DNA of 64,000 nucleotides from a virus. Where the stretch lies: positions 1-64,000 of IMG/VR virus record IMGVR_UViG_3300025012_000047, one strand, 5' to 3'. A model generated the notes under the pieces. It was not told the origin of the DNA. It did not search any database and was given only the letters and a program-made list of their open reading frames with translations. The position numbers and the translations under genes are program-made. This document shows, one piece after another, positions 1-9,976 of this stretch (its first letter is position 1; each line of letters opens with the position of its first letter).

Positions 1-531
1 GTTTCTGTATTCATAAGGTTGAAGTTCTGAAGAATATTCAAGTGTTGAATAGTTATATGGACTTTGCTTAATTGTTATACTGATATGACTATGGTCTGAG
101 GTTATAGAAAATTTGACTTCTGGGAATTGACATTTTAAAAGTTTTCTGACTTCTGCTGCAGTCTCTTTTGTGCTTAATCCAGTGTAATTACTACCAACAT
201 ATTTAAACCTGTTTGACACAATTGAACCTTCAACAAATTGAACACGATCCCACAAAGGAAGAATAATATTATTTTTTACTTCTTTCGTGACTTTAGCAAC
301 TGGTGCAACGAGTGTTAATGGTTTAAGTTGTGGTTGTTCTGTTCCTTGCTCTAAAGTGTATTTTTGAGCTTCTGCCATAGTTTTTTCGGACTGTTTTGCA
401 TACCAACACTTTTTACCATTGTGCCATCTAAAACCATTGCTTTTTAATCCATCAAGAATAGTTTGTTCTGGTTTTTCTTCAAAATAAAGTTCGACTCCTT
501 TTAGTTTGTCATTTAATAATAATTTAGTCAT
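1..531 (-). CDS. Polyvalent-protein-type early protein with LPD29-like domain (3' end runs off the window)
   Basis: Not in ORF track. ATG at 531 with AAGGAG RBS; MTKLLLNDKLKGVELYFEEKP...GFRWHNGKKCWYAK...YVGSNYTGLSTKETAAEVRKLLKCQFPEVKFSIT resembles LPD29. Confidence 0.7.
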   Translation of the reverse strand, partial: MTKLLLNDKLKGVELYFEEKPEQTILDGLKSNGFRWHNGKKCWYAKQSEKTMAEAQKYTLEQGTEQPQLKPLTLVAPVAKVTKEVKNNIILPLWDRVQFVEGSIVSNRFKYVGSNYTGLSTKETAAEVRKLLKCQFPEVKFSITSDHSHISITIKQSPYNYSTLEYSSELQPYEYRN

Positions 532-699
532 ATGTAACACGCTCCTTTAGATTTTTAAAGAGTTTTAAATACTTTCGATACAGAACTATTTTATATTTAC
601 ATTATAGCACAGTATAGAGAATATTTAAACATCATAGAGCGAGAAATAAAAAAAAGATTTATCTCGCTCTATCATATAAAAGTTTGGTTTTATTTGGAA

Positions 700-987
700 T
701 TACTTTTTACTTTCATAGTAACAATTCAAATGATACATTTTACCTTCAACTGCTACAAAATTTGTTCCTTGAAAAACAGTTTTCCCACATTGTGGACAAT
801 TATTTTCTTCGATAATCTCATAGGCAACATTATCTGATATGCAATCACTATCAAACAATGTTTCTTTATCTTCTTGATTAGCATCAATTTGAGCCATTTG
901 TTCAATAGTCGAACCGTCTGGATAGTTCGCTGGTTCTGGAACATATTCAATAATAGTAGTTCTAGTTAATCTAATTTTCTTCATCAT
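700..987 (-). CDS. Hypothetical protein with C-terminal zinc finger (CxxC...HxxC)
   Basis: ORF, AAGGAG RBS, CPQC...HLNC. Confidence 0.7.
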   Translation of the reverse strand: MMKKIRLTRTTIIEYVPEPANYPDGSTIEQMAQIDANQEDKETLFDSDCISDNVAYEIIEENNCPQCGKTVFQGTNFVAVEGKMYHLNCYYESKK

Positions 988-1046
988 AATACACTCTCCT
1001 TATAATTGGGAATTTTTATCCCTGTACGCCATAACTAAAGAATATA

Positions 1047-1475
1047 TTAACCGTGTTTTGAGTACCATTCGCTTTGTGCATGTCTGGCTTTTCTAAAAAT
1101 TGCTGCCATTCTTGCATCATTTTCGACTTCATCCTCTGTCATTCCTAGAGCCTCTAGTGTAGGTTCTACGTCCCATGTTATGCAGTATTCGTGATTTCCT
1201 AATTCATAATCAAAAGCATCATAAAGGAATTGATCGTCTTTCATTGCTTGTTTCATTTCTTCCTCATGATTGTTAATGATTGAATGAAGTTCTTTAGCAT
1301 CAGTTTTTCTGTAATAGCCACCGCTACCAGTTTTATAAATTTGATCCGTATCAGTGGAATTTAACCCTAGTTTGTTCATACCTTCTTCGAATTGAGCATT
1401 GGAGAAAGCAAAGAACATAGGGAAATTATTGATATCCTCTTGGTGTTGGTCTTTCATGGTTTTGTATAAATTCAT
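1047..1475 (-). CDS. Conserved phage/ICE hypothetical protein (FFAFSNxQFEEGM type)
   Basis: ORF; AAGGAG RBS favours ATG 1475. Confidence 0.75.
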   Translation of the reverse strand: MNLYKTMKDQHQEDINNFPMFFAFSNAQFEEGMNKLGLNSTDTDQIYKTGSGGYYRKTDAKELHSIINNHEEEMKQAMKDDQFLYDAFDYELGNHEYCITWDVEPTLEALGMTEDEVENDARMAAIFRKARHAQSEWYSKHG

Positions 1476-1706
1476 GATATACACGCTCCTTCAAGTATTC
1501 TAGGTCAATTGTTATAAGTATTATCCACAATTGCCTTCTAAACTTACAACCCTTTGATCTATTATAGCACTATTGTTATAGGTTTAGAAGAGAATTAAGG
1601 CTAATTCTCTAAATAATTATTTTACGATTCATGTAATAGATTTTATTAATTAAAAAATCCCTCTTGATACATATTAGAATAAATACCACGCTCCCACTGT
1701 TTGAAC

Positions 1707-1937
1707 TCATAAAATATCAAGCCAGTTATCAGGGAATTGAGCTTGCAACCTTTCGAGATACATATTACTAACTGAATAATGTACTCGTTTGTCTTCATGC
1801 TCTAATTGGAAACCAATTAAGGAAGAATTATGATTCATAAATGAGTTGTTTAAGGCTATAAAATTAGATTGTGGCATTATTTGACGTTGCTCCCATTTTG
1901 ACACGTTATGACGCTCGTAGTGGGTTAAGAATTGCAA
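1707..1937 (-). CDS. Hypothetical protein
   Basis: TTG start with AAGGAGG RBS. Confidence 0.65.
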   Translation of the reverse strand: MQFLTHYERHNVSKWEQRQIMPQSNFIALNNSFMNHNSSLIGFQLEHEDKRVHYSVSNMYLERLQAQFPDNWLDIL

Positions 1938-2024
1938 TTGTTATTCCTCCTTTAGTTTATACACTCTCGACAACGTTTCAACCATTTTGTTATGGCTGAA
2001 ACGCTCTGAGAACATACACGCTAG

Positions 2025-2204
2025 TTAAAATCTTTTAGGTAATTTAAACTGCTTTTCAATCTCTTGATAGTTAATTTTTACAGCATCTAATAAATCTCTA
2101 GCTCCTTGTAACCTGTAATAATTTGGACATCGATATGATTCTTTAGCATGGATATAATATCCAATACAGAGTGATCTAAATTCTGCTAATAATTTTTCTT
2201 CCAT
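2025..2204 (-). CDS. Hypothetical protein
   Basis: AAGGGG RBS before ATG 2204. Confidence 0.55.
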   Translation of the reverse strand: MEEKLLAEFRSLCIGYYIHAKESYRCPNYYRLQGARDLLDAVKINYQEIEKQFKLPKRF

Positions 2205-2249
2205 TTTTAACCCCTTCCATAATCCCATAAGTACATGATTTGAAGGCAA

Positions 2250-2507
2250 TTAATCAATAAAAGCAATTTGTTTGATAAAGAATATCTCCTTTTTGATCCT
2301 GCGTTCTTCTAGTTGCTCCTTCATTAAATGGTTTTCTGGATTTTCTTTGACTGCATTCTCCCAAAATTCAATGGTTCTTAATCTTTCTCCTTCTTCGTAC
2401 TGGTCTAATTTTGCTTTTTCAACTTCTAGAGGATTTTTAGATATATTCATTTCAAGCACCTTAACACTTCCGTTATCGGATACACACAATAATGCAAACA
2501 TATTCAT
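2250..2507 (-). CDS. Hypothetical protein
   Basis: ORF with AAGGAG RBS. Confidence 0.65.
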   Translation of the reverse strand: MNMFALLCVSDNGSVKVLEMNISKNPLEVEKAKLDQYEEGERLRTIEFWENAVKENPENHLMKEQLEERRIKKEIFFIKQIAFID

Positions 2508-2588
2508 TAATTACAACTCCTTTGAATATCTCCTTTAAGCAAAGGACTTTTTAATTTCCTTTGCTTAATAATAAAACTCTTTAGGATA

Positions 2589-3878
2589 TTAAGCAACATT
2601 GTCAATAATATTAAGAATTGCTTTAGCATCTTCATGGTCTTGGTCTGGTGCTTCAGTTTGTTCTGATTGTTCTTCTTGCTTTTCGCTGAACTCTTCTGCG
2701 GTCACTGTTATGGGAGAATCGAGGTTTTCAGTTTGAACCTCTTCAACTTTTACTTCAGCAACCTTTTCCACAATTTTAAATTCAGAAACAAAAGCATTAT
2801 TTAACAATTCGATTCTTTCCTTAACTTTAGATGCTTCCGAGCAACCTTTTTCTGTTTTGCTCTTATATTTTCCAGAAACATTTTCAAAGAATTTAGAAAC
2901 AAACTTGGCAAAATCCTTTACGTCCACATCGTTCAGAATAGCCTTATACGCTGTGTTATAGATAATAGGAACATTCACCTTCTTGAGATAGTCAATTGAC
3001 TTCAGATACTTCTTAAGCTCTTTGGGTTCGAGTTTTGCGGTAGCGTCCGATTCTTCAAGTTTTTGAAGTTCGACAGGAAGGGAATACTTCTTGATAAGTT
3101 TTACAACTTCATTGAGATATTCCGTAATTGATTCGACTTGAGCCATAATGTCTTCAGTGACCATTATAGAATCCTCTGAAAAATCTTGAAGAGATTTGCC
3201 GGAAAGATCAAATTGATTAGACATAACCATTAGAACCTGTTGCATAGTCTCAAATTTTACTTCTCGGTTCGCTGAAACATTAATGAATTTATTAGTCCAA
3301 AGGTCTGTTGCAAGTTGTTTGTATATAAACTCTCTTACAGTGCTACCAATGCGAACCTTGTTAACTTCCGCATTACTTAATTTCTTTCCTCCCTGGAGTT
3401 TGATGAACTGCAATTCTCTTTCAGTTTGTGTCATGTCCTTAAAATAAACCATTTGGATCTTACAATTCTTGAAAACTTGCTTTGCTCTGTCCGGTAATTC
3501 GCTCCACTTTTTACCTGCAACTATGTATGTCTCGACTGTATCGTCTTCGTTCTCAATGACAACAGGCCGAATGTTATGGCCTAGTTTTATTTCATCATTC
3601 AAGAATTTTTCTAGGGTTGTGCTGCGCTGCTTTCCATCCAACAAGTCGATAACCTTTTCTAGTTTTCCTTTGATTTCGACTTCTACTTCAGTTTCAGCAC
3701 CAATTAAGGGAGGAATATAAGTCGTTAGAGCTTGAAAAACACTGTCAATTAGGTCTGTTTGCTCCTTGTTACCCCACACAAACGAGCGTTGCATTTCAGC
3801 GTCCCTGTTGATTTGACCTGATTTTAACTGACCAACTAAACCCACGATTCCGAAAGTTTTTACTAGCATTTCTTTCAT
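2589..3878 (-). CDS. DUF262 (ParB/Srx-fold, GmrS-like) domain protein
   Basis: QRSFVW, YIPPLI and LLDGKQR motifs. Confidence 0.8.
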   Translation of the reverse strand: MKEMLVKTFGIVGLVGQLKSGQINRDAEMQRSFVWGNKEQTDLIDSVFQALTTYIPPLIGAETEVEVEIKGKLEKVIDLLDGKQRSTTLEKFLNDEIKLGHNIRPVVIENEDDTVETYIVAGKKWSELPDRAKQVFKNCKIQMVYFKDMTQTERELQFIKLQGGKKLSNAEVNKVRIGSTVREFIYKQLATDLWTNKFINVSANREVKFETMQQVLMVMSNQFDLSGKSLQDFSEDSIMVTEDIMAQVESITEYLNEVVKLIKKYSLPVELQKLEESDATAKLEPKELKKYLKSIDYLKKVNVPIIYNTAYKAILNDVDVKDFAKFVSKFFENVSGKYKSKTEKGCSEASKVKERIELLNNAFVSEFKIVEKVAEVKVEEVQTENLDSPITVTAEEFSEKQEEQSEQTEAPDQDHEDAKAILNIIDNVA

Positions 3879-3994
3879 TTAATACCACTCCTTAATTTTA
3901 GTCTACGACAACAAACTGAGATTTGTTATAGTGTATCTCAGTTCATAAGGTCTACTAAAATCCCAAGAAATGTCTTTTTCGTTGGATTTAGACA

Positions 3995-4228
3995 TTATAC
4001 CAGTTCGTTAGTTAACGTCTTAGAATTAACCGGAATACTCCATGTATCGTTTTGGCCTTGTAATAGCGTATAACCTATTCTACCTTGCATCGTGCTCCTG
4101 TAGGATTCGATAACATTTTTAATAAAACTATTAATAGTTTCCTTATGAGTTTCGGCAGAGAATTCTTTTTCTCCGATAATATAATTGAGGCCATCTTCTT
4201 TACGTTGGGTAAATTGTATTTTATACAT
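3995..4228 (-). CDS. Hypothetical protein
   Basis: ORF with RBS, in an operon. Confidence 0.6.
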   Translation of the reverse strand: MYKIQFTQRKEDGLNYIIGEKEFSAETHKETINSFIKNVIESYRSTMQGRIGYTLLQGQNDTWSIPVNSKTLTNELV

Positions 4229-4234
4229 GTTAAA

Positions 4235-4609
4235 TCAACCTTTCAAATAATCTAATGTAGACACTAGACCATTATACGAGCAATCAATACTATCATGATT
4301 TAGAATCAATTTAGCTAAGTATCTGTGATTCCCGTCAATGATTTGTACATTTCCGCAACAATTGTCATCAATTGTTATAGGAGTAATTAGGTCAGGATTA
4401 TTGACAAAATGCTTGATACGCCCTAAATGCCACTCCCTAGACTGCTCTGAAAAGTCTTCAAACATGGTTTTTATTTCTTCAACTTCATCAATTCCATTTC
4501 TAGCTTCAGACAAAGTAATAGTCGATCCTATCCAATAACACTCTTCACCTACGATTCCTTTTAATACGTTAAGGTTTATGGAGTCCATTGGATTTGGTTC
4601 GCTACTCAT
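4235..4609 (-). CDS. ParB/Srx N-terminal-like domain protein
   Basis: PITI...IIDGNHRY motif. Confidence 0.7.
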   Translation of the reverse strand: MSSEPNPMDSINLNVLKGIVGEECYWIGSTITLSEARNGIDEVEEIKTMFEDFSEQSREWHLGRIKHFVNNPDLITPITIDDNCCGNVQIIDGNHRYLAKLILNHDSIDCSYNGLVSTLDYLKG

Positions 4610-4769
4610 GTTTAACTACTCCTTTCTTTTTATTCAATCCGGCGTATTCCTTGTTAATTTCCTTTAATGTTTTTGCGCCTACTGGATTGCATTCTTTGCA
4701 AAATGCATGATTAATAACCACATAGACCATTTTACCACAATTCGGACATTCTATAGAACTTTTTGCCAT
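4602..4769 (-). CDS. 55-aa zinc-finger protein
   Basis: Not in track; AAGGAGG RBS; MAKSSIECPNCGK...CKEC. Confidence 0.65.
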   Translation of the reverse strand: MAKSSIECPNCGKMVYVVINHAFCKECNPVGAKTLKEINKEYAGLNKKKGVVKHE

Positions 4770-4950
4770 TTTATCAAATCCTCCTTTGGTAAAATTTTAA
4801 CTAATTTACCCCTTAACCTAGAATAAGTGTAACATATCTTAGCCAATAAGTCAAATAAATTATTTTACAATTTACAAGAGAGTTTTCACGACAATACACT
4901 GAGCGTTATTATCATTATATCTCAGTGCATTAATTCAAAAACTCTAATGT

Positions 4951-5181
4951 CTATTCGACAACTTGATAAGGAATACAATAATTACTACATACACCAAGTA
5001 ACCAGCGTTTGTTTCTCTGGATATTGTTGTGAATAATAACCGTTAGTGTCCTATTGTCACCTTGAAGAGTTACATCCGGCTCATTTTGGCTGTCTAGGCG
5101 TATTCCATTCAATCCCTCCATCATTGACCCTTTCAGGAATTTCTCTGTGATCTTTGATGGTTTTGATAAGATAATTTTCAT
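4951..5181 (-). CDS. Hypothetical protein
   Basis: AGAGG RBS before ATG 5181. Confidence 0.6.
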   Translation of the reverse strand: MKIILSKPSKITEKFLKGSMMEGLNGIRLDSQNEPDVTLQGDNRTLTVIIHNNIQRNKRWLLGVCSNYCIPYQVVE

Positions 5182-5335
5182 ATTAATAACCTCTTTCACT
5201 CTTTTATTAAGGATTATATCCTTTTCAAAGATCCCTGAAACCCTTGCTACAAAGGCACTTTAAAAAAGACATAATACTATAAAAGATAAGTTTTATCGAC
5301 TCTTCAATCTAGCATAGAACATAGCATAATTTAAT

Positions 5336-5461
5336 TTAGTAAGCCAAAACTATTCTATAAAATTCTCCATCTTTATTAGCTGAAATTACAAGTGGTTTAT
5401 TATGACTAAAAAATTTTTCTGCATCATGCAAAGATTTAAAAAGATAATGTTTTATTCTCAT
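5336..5461 (-). CDS. 41-aa hypothetical protein flanked by inverted repeats
   Basis: Not in track; AAGGAG RBS; MRIKHYLFKSLHDAEKFF... Confidence 0.55.
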   Translation of the reverse strand: MRIKHYLFKSLHDAEKFFSHNKPLVISANKDGEFYRIVLAY

Positions 5462-5978
5462 TTTTACAACAACTCCTTAAATTTTAATTTAATTTGTTGC
5501 TATGCTCTAAGCTAGACTAAAAAGTCTATATTCAATTTTCAAAGATCATTTGATAAGTTTGCTCCTTATGTATTAGTGCTTAGTTAGATTATAAACGATT
5601 TACGTCTTCCTGTCAACATTTATTTTTGCATTGTGTAAGTTGTTGACTTGTGCAAGTGGTAAGAGGTTTTATGTCTGCTCTGTGTTTGTGTGCTCCTCTA
5701 TGTACCCTATTTTATAGCAAGATGAATGCAATTGCAATACCCTACAAGGCCATTTTAAAAATAAATTTTATATTGGTATTGTTGGCGTGATTTTGTGCAC
5801 TGAATTGTACCGGAATAAGCCAGAACACAAGGAGAAAAACGAAAATAGGCATTTAAGACGTTTATAAGTGTTTGGTATGGAATTCTATTAGGGAATGTAG
5901 TTTGTGGCCTTAGAAGGGCATTTGTGAAGGAGGAAATTGGTGCTGGCGTGGAATGGGCAAAGAAAAAGACTAGAATTA

Positions 5979-6566
5979 TTATCTAGTCTTTAAAAACATT
6001 CCGTAATCATATTCAGTTTTAGTAATTATATAAAAAGTATTGTCTGGGAAGTTCAGTCGGTACTCATTGGCCTTTATTTTTAATTCTCCCGACTTATCAT
6101 AGTATTTTAAATCTTTCTTATGTTCCAAACTATAACCTTTATCCAACATTAATTTTATAAAATCTTTCCTTGCCATTGTACCTAAACCTTCACCACCATC
6201 TTGATAATAATTCTCTTTTTTGTTTAGCGTTTTCAGAAGTTTACCTCTAGCCATTGGAGTTAATTCAATACTTTCAGCGTAACCATAGGTATTATTATAA
6301 ATGAATTCTTCCTGCTGTAGCTTTTCATTCTCCAAGCGTTCACGTTCCAGTGATCTTTTATGTGATTCTACCCATTCAGTTTGTTTTGATAAGTAAAATT
6401 CAATTTCTTCAGCTTGCATAATGCCACGGTAATTTTCTGGCATACCCTCTTCAGATACTAAATAACCTTTATAGCGTTCGCTATACTCCGTAACCTCCAT
6501 TTGCTTTATTTGAGCAGAAAAAAATTTTAAACCAGTGTAATCCTTTTGAATTGTTGCAGTTGTCAT
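5979..6566 (-). CDS. Hypothetical early protein
   Basis: 195-aa ORF, GGAGG RBS. Confidence 0.75.
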   Translation of the reverse strand: MTTATIQKDYTGLKFFSAQIKQMEVTEYSERYKGYLVSEEGMPENYRGIMQAEEIEFYLSKQTEWVESHKRSLERERLENEKLQQEEFIYNNTYGYAESIELTPMARGKLLKTLNKKENYYQDGGEGLGTMARKDFIKLMLDKGYSLEHKKDLKYYDKSGELKIKANEYRLNFPDNTFYIITKTEYDYGMFLKTR

Positions 6567-6568
6567 AA

Positions 6569-6748
6569 TTATTTTACCTCCATTCCATAACTATATTTTG
6601 TGTATGCTTGCGCCATTGTATGAAGTTTTCTGGCAGTTAAATACTGGAACTGCTCAATGTATTCCTTTGTTTCATTGCTCCAGTATCCAGTTTGATCCAA
6701 GATGGTTTTTAGTTCGGAAATAACCTTTTTAGTGATTGCCTTTTTCAT
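6569..6748 (-). CDS. 59-aa hypothetical protein
   Basis: Not in track; AAGGAG RBS; stop abuts next gene. Confidence 0.65.
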   Translation of the reverse strand: MKKAITKKVISELKTILDQTGYWSNETKEYIEQFQYLTARKLHTMAQAYTKYSYGMEVK

Positions 6749-6950
6749 GTTTAAAACTCCTTCAATTCCTTAATTAATCCGTTAATTTATTTTAACATAA
6801 TGGAATTACTTTGTATATATTATTTTTACCTTTACACAAAATAAATATTTTAACTAAAAATAGCGTTCGCTCCATTTTACCATTTATTTTACTGTTGTGT
6901 CAATGGGTTTTAGAAAATTATTTTAACGTATTATACTAAAAGGGTAAAAT

Positions 6951-7030
6951 TTATTATAAGATCCACAAAGGTTATAAAAGGTCTGTATAGGTATGTAAAG
7001 GCCATAAAAGGGTATATAAGGGTTTAAACA
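6951..7030. repeat. Degenerate 10-bp tandem repeat, about 8 units (g-n5-(a/t)aag-like)
   Basis: ttattataag atccacaaag gttataaaag gtctgtatag gtatgtaaag gccataaaag ggtatataag ggtttaaaca. Confidence 0.55.
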
Positions 7031-7070
7031 GTATTAGATATATGGATTATACCAGATAAAAAAAAGATGC

Positions 7071-7226
7071 TTATTCGGCATCTTCCTGTAACTCCTGGTC
7101 TATGATCCATTCCGCGTCTTCTAAAGTGTTCGCAGAGCTTATGGACGTTTTATTGCTACTCCAATGGATTATATAGCATTCACCTTTTTTAGTGATCTTA
7201 TAACCTCTATATTTTATCGCTTTCAT
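7071..7226 (-). CDS. 51-aa hypothetical protein
   Basis: Not in track; AAGGAGG RBS; MKAIKYRGYKITKKG... Confidence 0.65.
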   Translation of the reverse strand: MKAIKYRGYKITKKGECYIIHWSSNKTSISSANTLEDAEWIIDQELQEDAE

Positions 7227-7263
7227 TATTTTCCTCCTTTTATCTCTGCTTTAATTTCCTTTA

Positions 7264-7422
7264 CTAATTCTTTTGCTTCTCTGAGATCAGATCACCTTTA
7301 GCTCCGTCAAGTTGTTCTTTAAGTTCTTCTATCTCTTCTTTAATTCGGTTTATTTCTTCCTGAGCGTTAATCACCGCTTGCTCTGCATCTTCTAGTTCTT
7401 CCCGGAGTTTTTTAGTTGTCAT
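7264..7422 (-). CDS. Small coiled-coil protein, probably frameshifted near the C-terminus by a 5-bp duplication
   Basis: AAGGAGG RBS; heptad pattern; TGATC TGATC duplication at ~7285-7294. Confidence 0.6.
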   Translation of the reverse strand: MTTKKLREELEDAEQAVINAQEEINRIKEEIEELKEQLDGAKGDLISEKQKN

Positions 7423-7458
7423 TTTGCTACCTCCTTAAAAATTATGTAATTACTTAAT

Positions 7459-7500
7459 AGTATAAGGGATGATGACCACATTGTCAATAAAAATTATTTT
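7459..7500 (-). promoter_or_regulatory. sigma-A promoter with A/T-tract upstream element (representative of the early cassettes)
   Basis: Minus strand AAAATAATTTTTA-TTGACA-17 bp-TATACT. Confidence 0.7.
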
Positions 7501-7550
7501 TGACTTTAAATACTTTGAATGGGTAATTTTATTAGGAGGAAATCGAAAAG

Positions 7551-7573
7551 AAAAAGATCCCTTTCAGGATCTT
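7551..7573 (-). terminator. Intrinsic terminator
   Basis: AAGATCCTGAAAGGGATCTTTTT on minus strand. Confidence 0.7.
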
Positions 7574-7582
7574 AATAATTTT

Positions 7583-7807
7583 TTATTTTTCCAACGCATT
7601 TTTCATAGGATATTCGTCCCAAAACCTACCATCTTTTAACTGGAATTGGCCTGTCACATAATCGATTTTAATTAGTTTATGTTTTTTATAAACTGATAAT
7701 ATTTTTTCTGCTTCATTTTTAGTAAAATTAAATTGTTCCATAACCGAATTAATGAAATTGTTTTCTGCATTAATTGACCTTTTAGCAATGTTTTTGCAGG
7801 CTTGCAT
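7583..7807 (-). CDS. Hypothetical protein
   Basis: GGAGG RBS before ATG 7807. Confidence 0.7.
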   Translation of the reverse strand: MQACKNIAKRSINAENNFINSVMEQFNFTKNEAEKILSVYKKHKLIKIDYVTGQFQLKDGRFWDEYPMKNALEK

Positions 7808-7980
7808 TTTCAAAACCTCCAAATAAATTATTTACTATTGATAGAATATCACACAAGACACACAAACGTCAAACATTAATTATATTCAATTCTAAGACCA
7901 GGAAAGGCACTTTTAAGGCACTGGAATGTAGTTTAGGTAAAATAGGTAGCAAGGAAAGAAAAAAAAGAACCTTTAGGCTC

Positions 7981-8250
7981 TTAATAATTTTTATTTTGTA
8001 TGTTTAAGTATGATATTATTTCTCGTGCTATTCTCTTTAACATCGTAATTTGTTTCGCGCTTAACTCTTTGCCGGATCTTATTTGATTTTGAAAACTTAC
8101 TATGTAGTCTTGACCTTTTGCGAATTGTCTAAAAGTATGTTTAGTAGTATCGATTAACATTAGATCATGTATACAATCCTCTACACTGGTATATAGATCA
8201 TTAAATTTGTAAGTCTCAAAAGATACAATTCTAGTTTTTAAAGCTTTCAT
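7981..8250 (-). CDS. Hypothetical protein
   Basis: AAGGAG RBS before ATG 8250. Confidence 0.7.
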   Translation of the reverse strand: MKALKTRIVSFETYKFNDLYTSVEDCIHDLMLIDTTKHTFRQFAKGQDYIVSFQNQIRSGKELSAKQITMLKRIAREIISYLNIQNKNY

Positions 8251-8372
8251 TCGCGCCAACTCCTTATATTTGATCTTGATTAATTATAGCATTATTTTGT
8301 ATCAGATACAACAATTATATTTATATTCATAAGACATAAAAGCGTGTTTTTAAGACAAAAAGAAAAGAGGCT

Positions 8373-8633
8373 CTATGCCTCTATATTCTCAAAAAAGTAT
8401 TCATTCATTTCTTGAATTTTTTGTTTTGTGACTGAGGATAATTTTCCTTTCCCATTTTTCATCCAACCTATACCTATTAAGTCTTGTCTGACCTCTGTAC
8501 TATTTATTATCCCCCTAAATGCTTTCCATTTTAGATCATCGGGATAATACATATATCGTAAATAATTTTCATCGTTTTTTATTTCGGCCAAATTATAACC
8601 ATCGGAATCAATTTTTATAATTTTAATTTCCAT
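8373..8633 (-). CDS. Hypothetical protein
   Basis: ORF with RBS and its own promoter. Confidence 0.7.
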   Translation of the reverse strand: MEIKIIKIDSDGYNLAEIKNDENYLRYMYYPDDLKWKAFRGIINSTEVRQDLIGIGWMKNGKGKLSSVTKQKIQEMNEYFFENIEA

Positions 8634-8904
8634 TCCCTCTAACTCCTTATTTGATTTATGTACTAAATACAGTATATCAAAATATTGAGCAATTGCAATA
8701 TATTTGTAAAAATTATTTTTATACAGACTACGAATAATAACCTTATTTGATTCTGTGACATTAGAAAAGTATCTCAGGTAAGATTGTATAGGGTAATAGA
8801 TTCTAAACGCTTAGAAGGCCGTTTCTGTGGCAGTAAACTGGTTCTGGCATTTGTTTTTAATGTGAATAGGAATAGACAAAAAGAATAAGCACTAGAAATA
8901 GTGC

Positions 8905-9081
8905 TTATTTGTTTTTATTACTATTCCTTTTTTCGGTTTTCTCTTCTGCCTCTTCTTTACTGGCGTATGATGCAAACGCGAACCCTGTTTTGTAATCCGT
9001 ATGGAAGATGCACCAAGATCCTGATTCCTCATCATAGTCTGCAAAATATTCACCTTTTGCCAATTGTTCTTTAATAGTCAT
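8905..9081 (-). CDS. 58-aa hypothetical protein
   Basis: Not in track; GAGGAG RBS; MTIKEQLAKGEYFADYDEESGSWCIF... Confidence 0.65.
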   Translation of the reverse strand: MTIKEQLAKGEYFADYDEESGSWCIFHTDYKTGFAFASYASKEEAEEKTEKRNSNKNK

Positions 9082-9082
9082 T

Positions 9083-9535
9083 TTATTTCGCTCCTCTCAT
9101 TCCTACCATTTTTTCAAAGTAACCTGCTGCTTGACTGTTGGCTCCGTCAAATTTATATGCAATTGTACCGACCAAGCAGGAATCAAGGGAATCATAGGAT
9201 ACAGAAATATTTCGATAATTAATATAAGCGTGAAAGCAAATATTTGTTATTCCTTCGTTTTTGAGATCATAACCATTGATATACTCAAATATTACATATT
9301 CGCCAATACTGTGAACCTTGATGATTTCTCCCCATGAAAAATCCTGTTTGAGATATTTCACTTTTTCATCGTGGGTAGTTTCTTCAATGTTTTCCTCTGT
9401 AGCAATGGTTAATTCAGAATAGGAGTACCGACCAAAACCAGCAGGATGGAAAAGTAAATCTTGATTTTCCCCTTTGACTAATTGGCCTAGTTGGTTTTCA
9501 TGTTTGACAATTGCATGGTAAACTAATTTTTTCAT
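9083..9535 (-). CDS. Hypothetical protein
   Basis: ORF; RBS before ATG 9535. Confidence 0.7.
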   Translation of the reverse strand: MKKLVYHAIVKHENQLGQLVKGENQDLLFHPAGFGRYSYSELTIATEENIEETTHDEKVKYLKQDFSWGEIIKVHSIGEYVIFEYINGYDLKNEGITNICFHAYINYRNISVSYDSLDSCLVGTIAYKFDGANSQAAGYFEKMVGMRGAK

Positions 9536-9670
9536 AATATGTATACCGCCTTTCAATTCCCCGAAACTTGATCTTGATTTAGTATATCACAGATATTATA
9601 TAAATATAACCCATTAATAAAAATTATTTTTACATGCTGGAACAAAGAAAAAGAAGTCCTTTCAGACTCC

Positions 9671-9976
9671 TTAATATTCAACTTTAAATGTTTTAAACAA
9701 ACTACCATTTTTGCTCCATACCTGTATTTCGTTTCCGTCGATTACTACAGACTTTTTTGGATATTTAGCACTGATTTCATTTAACATTTTTCCTTCAACT
9801 TCTTGTCTATGCCAGTATTTTTCTGCTTTTGCTTGTGCAAGTGTTTTTACTTCTTCTGTTTCAAGATATTCTCTTTTCCCTTCTAAGACCATTACTGCAT
9901 TTCTATTTTCAAGTGTTACCCAAAGACCTCGAACTTCAGAACGTCCTTGCAAAGAGCTAATTTCAAATTTAATCAT
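9671..9976 (-). CDS. Hypothetical protein
   Basis: ORF with AAGGAG RBS. Confidence 0.7.
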   Translation of the reverse strand: MIKFEISSLQGRSEVRGLWVTLENRNAVMVLEGKREYLETEEVKTLAQAKAEKYWHRQEVEGKMLNEISAKYPKKSVVIDGNEIQVWSKNGSLFKTFKVEY

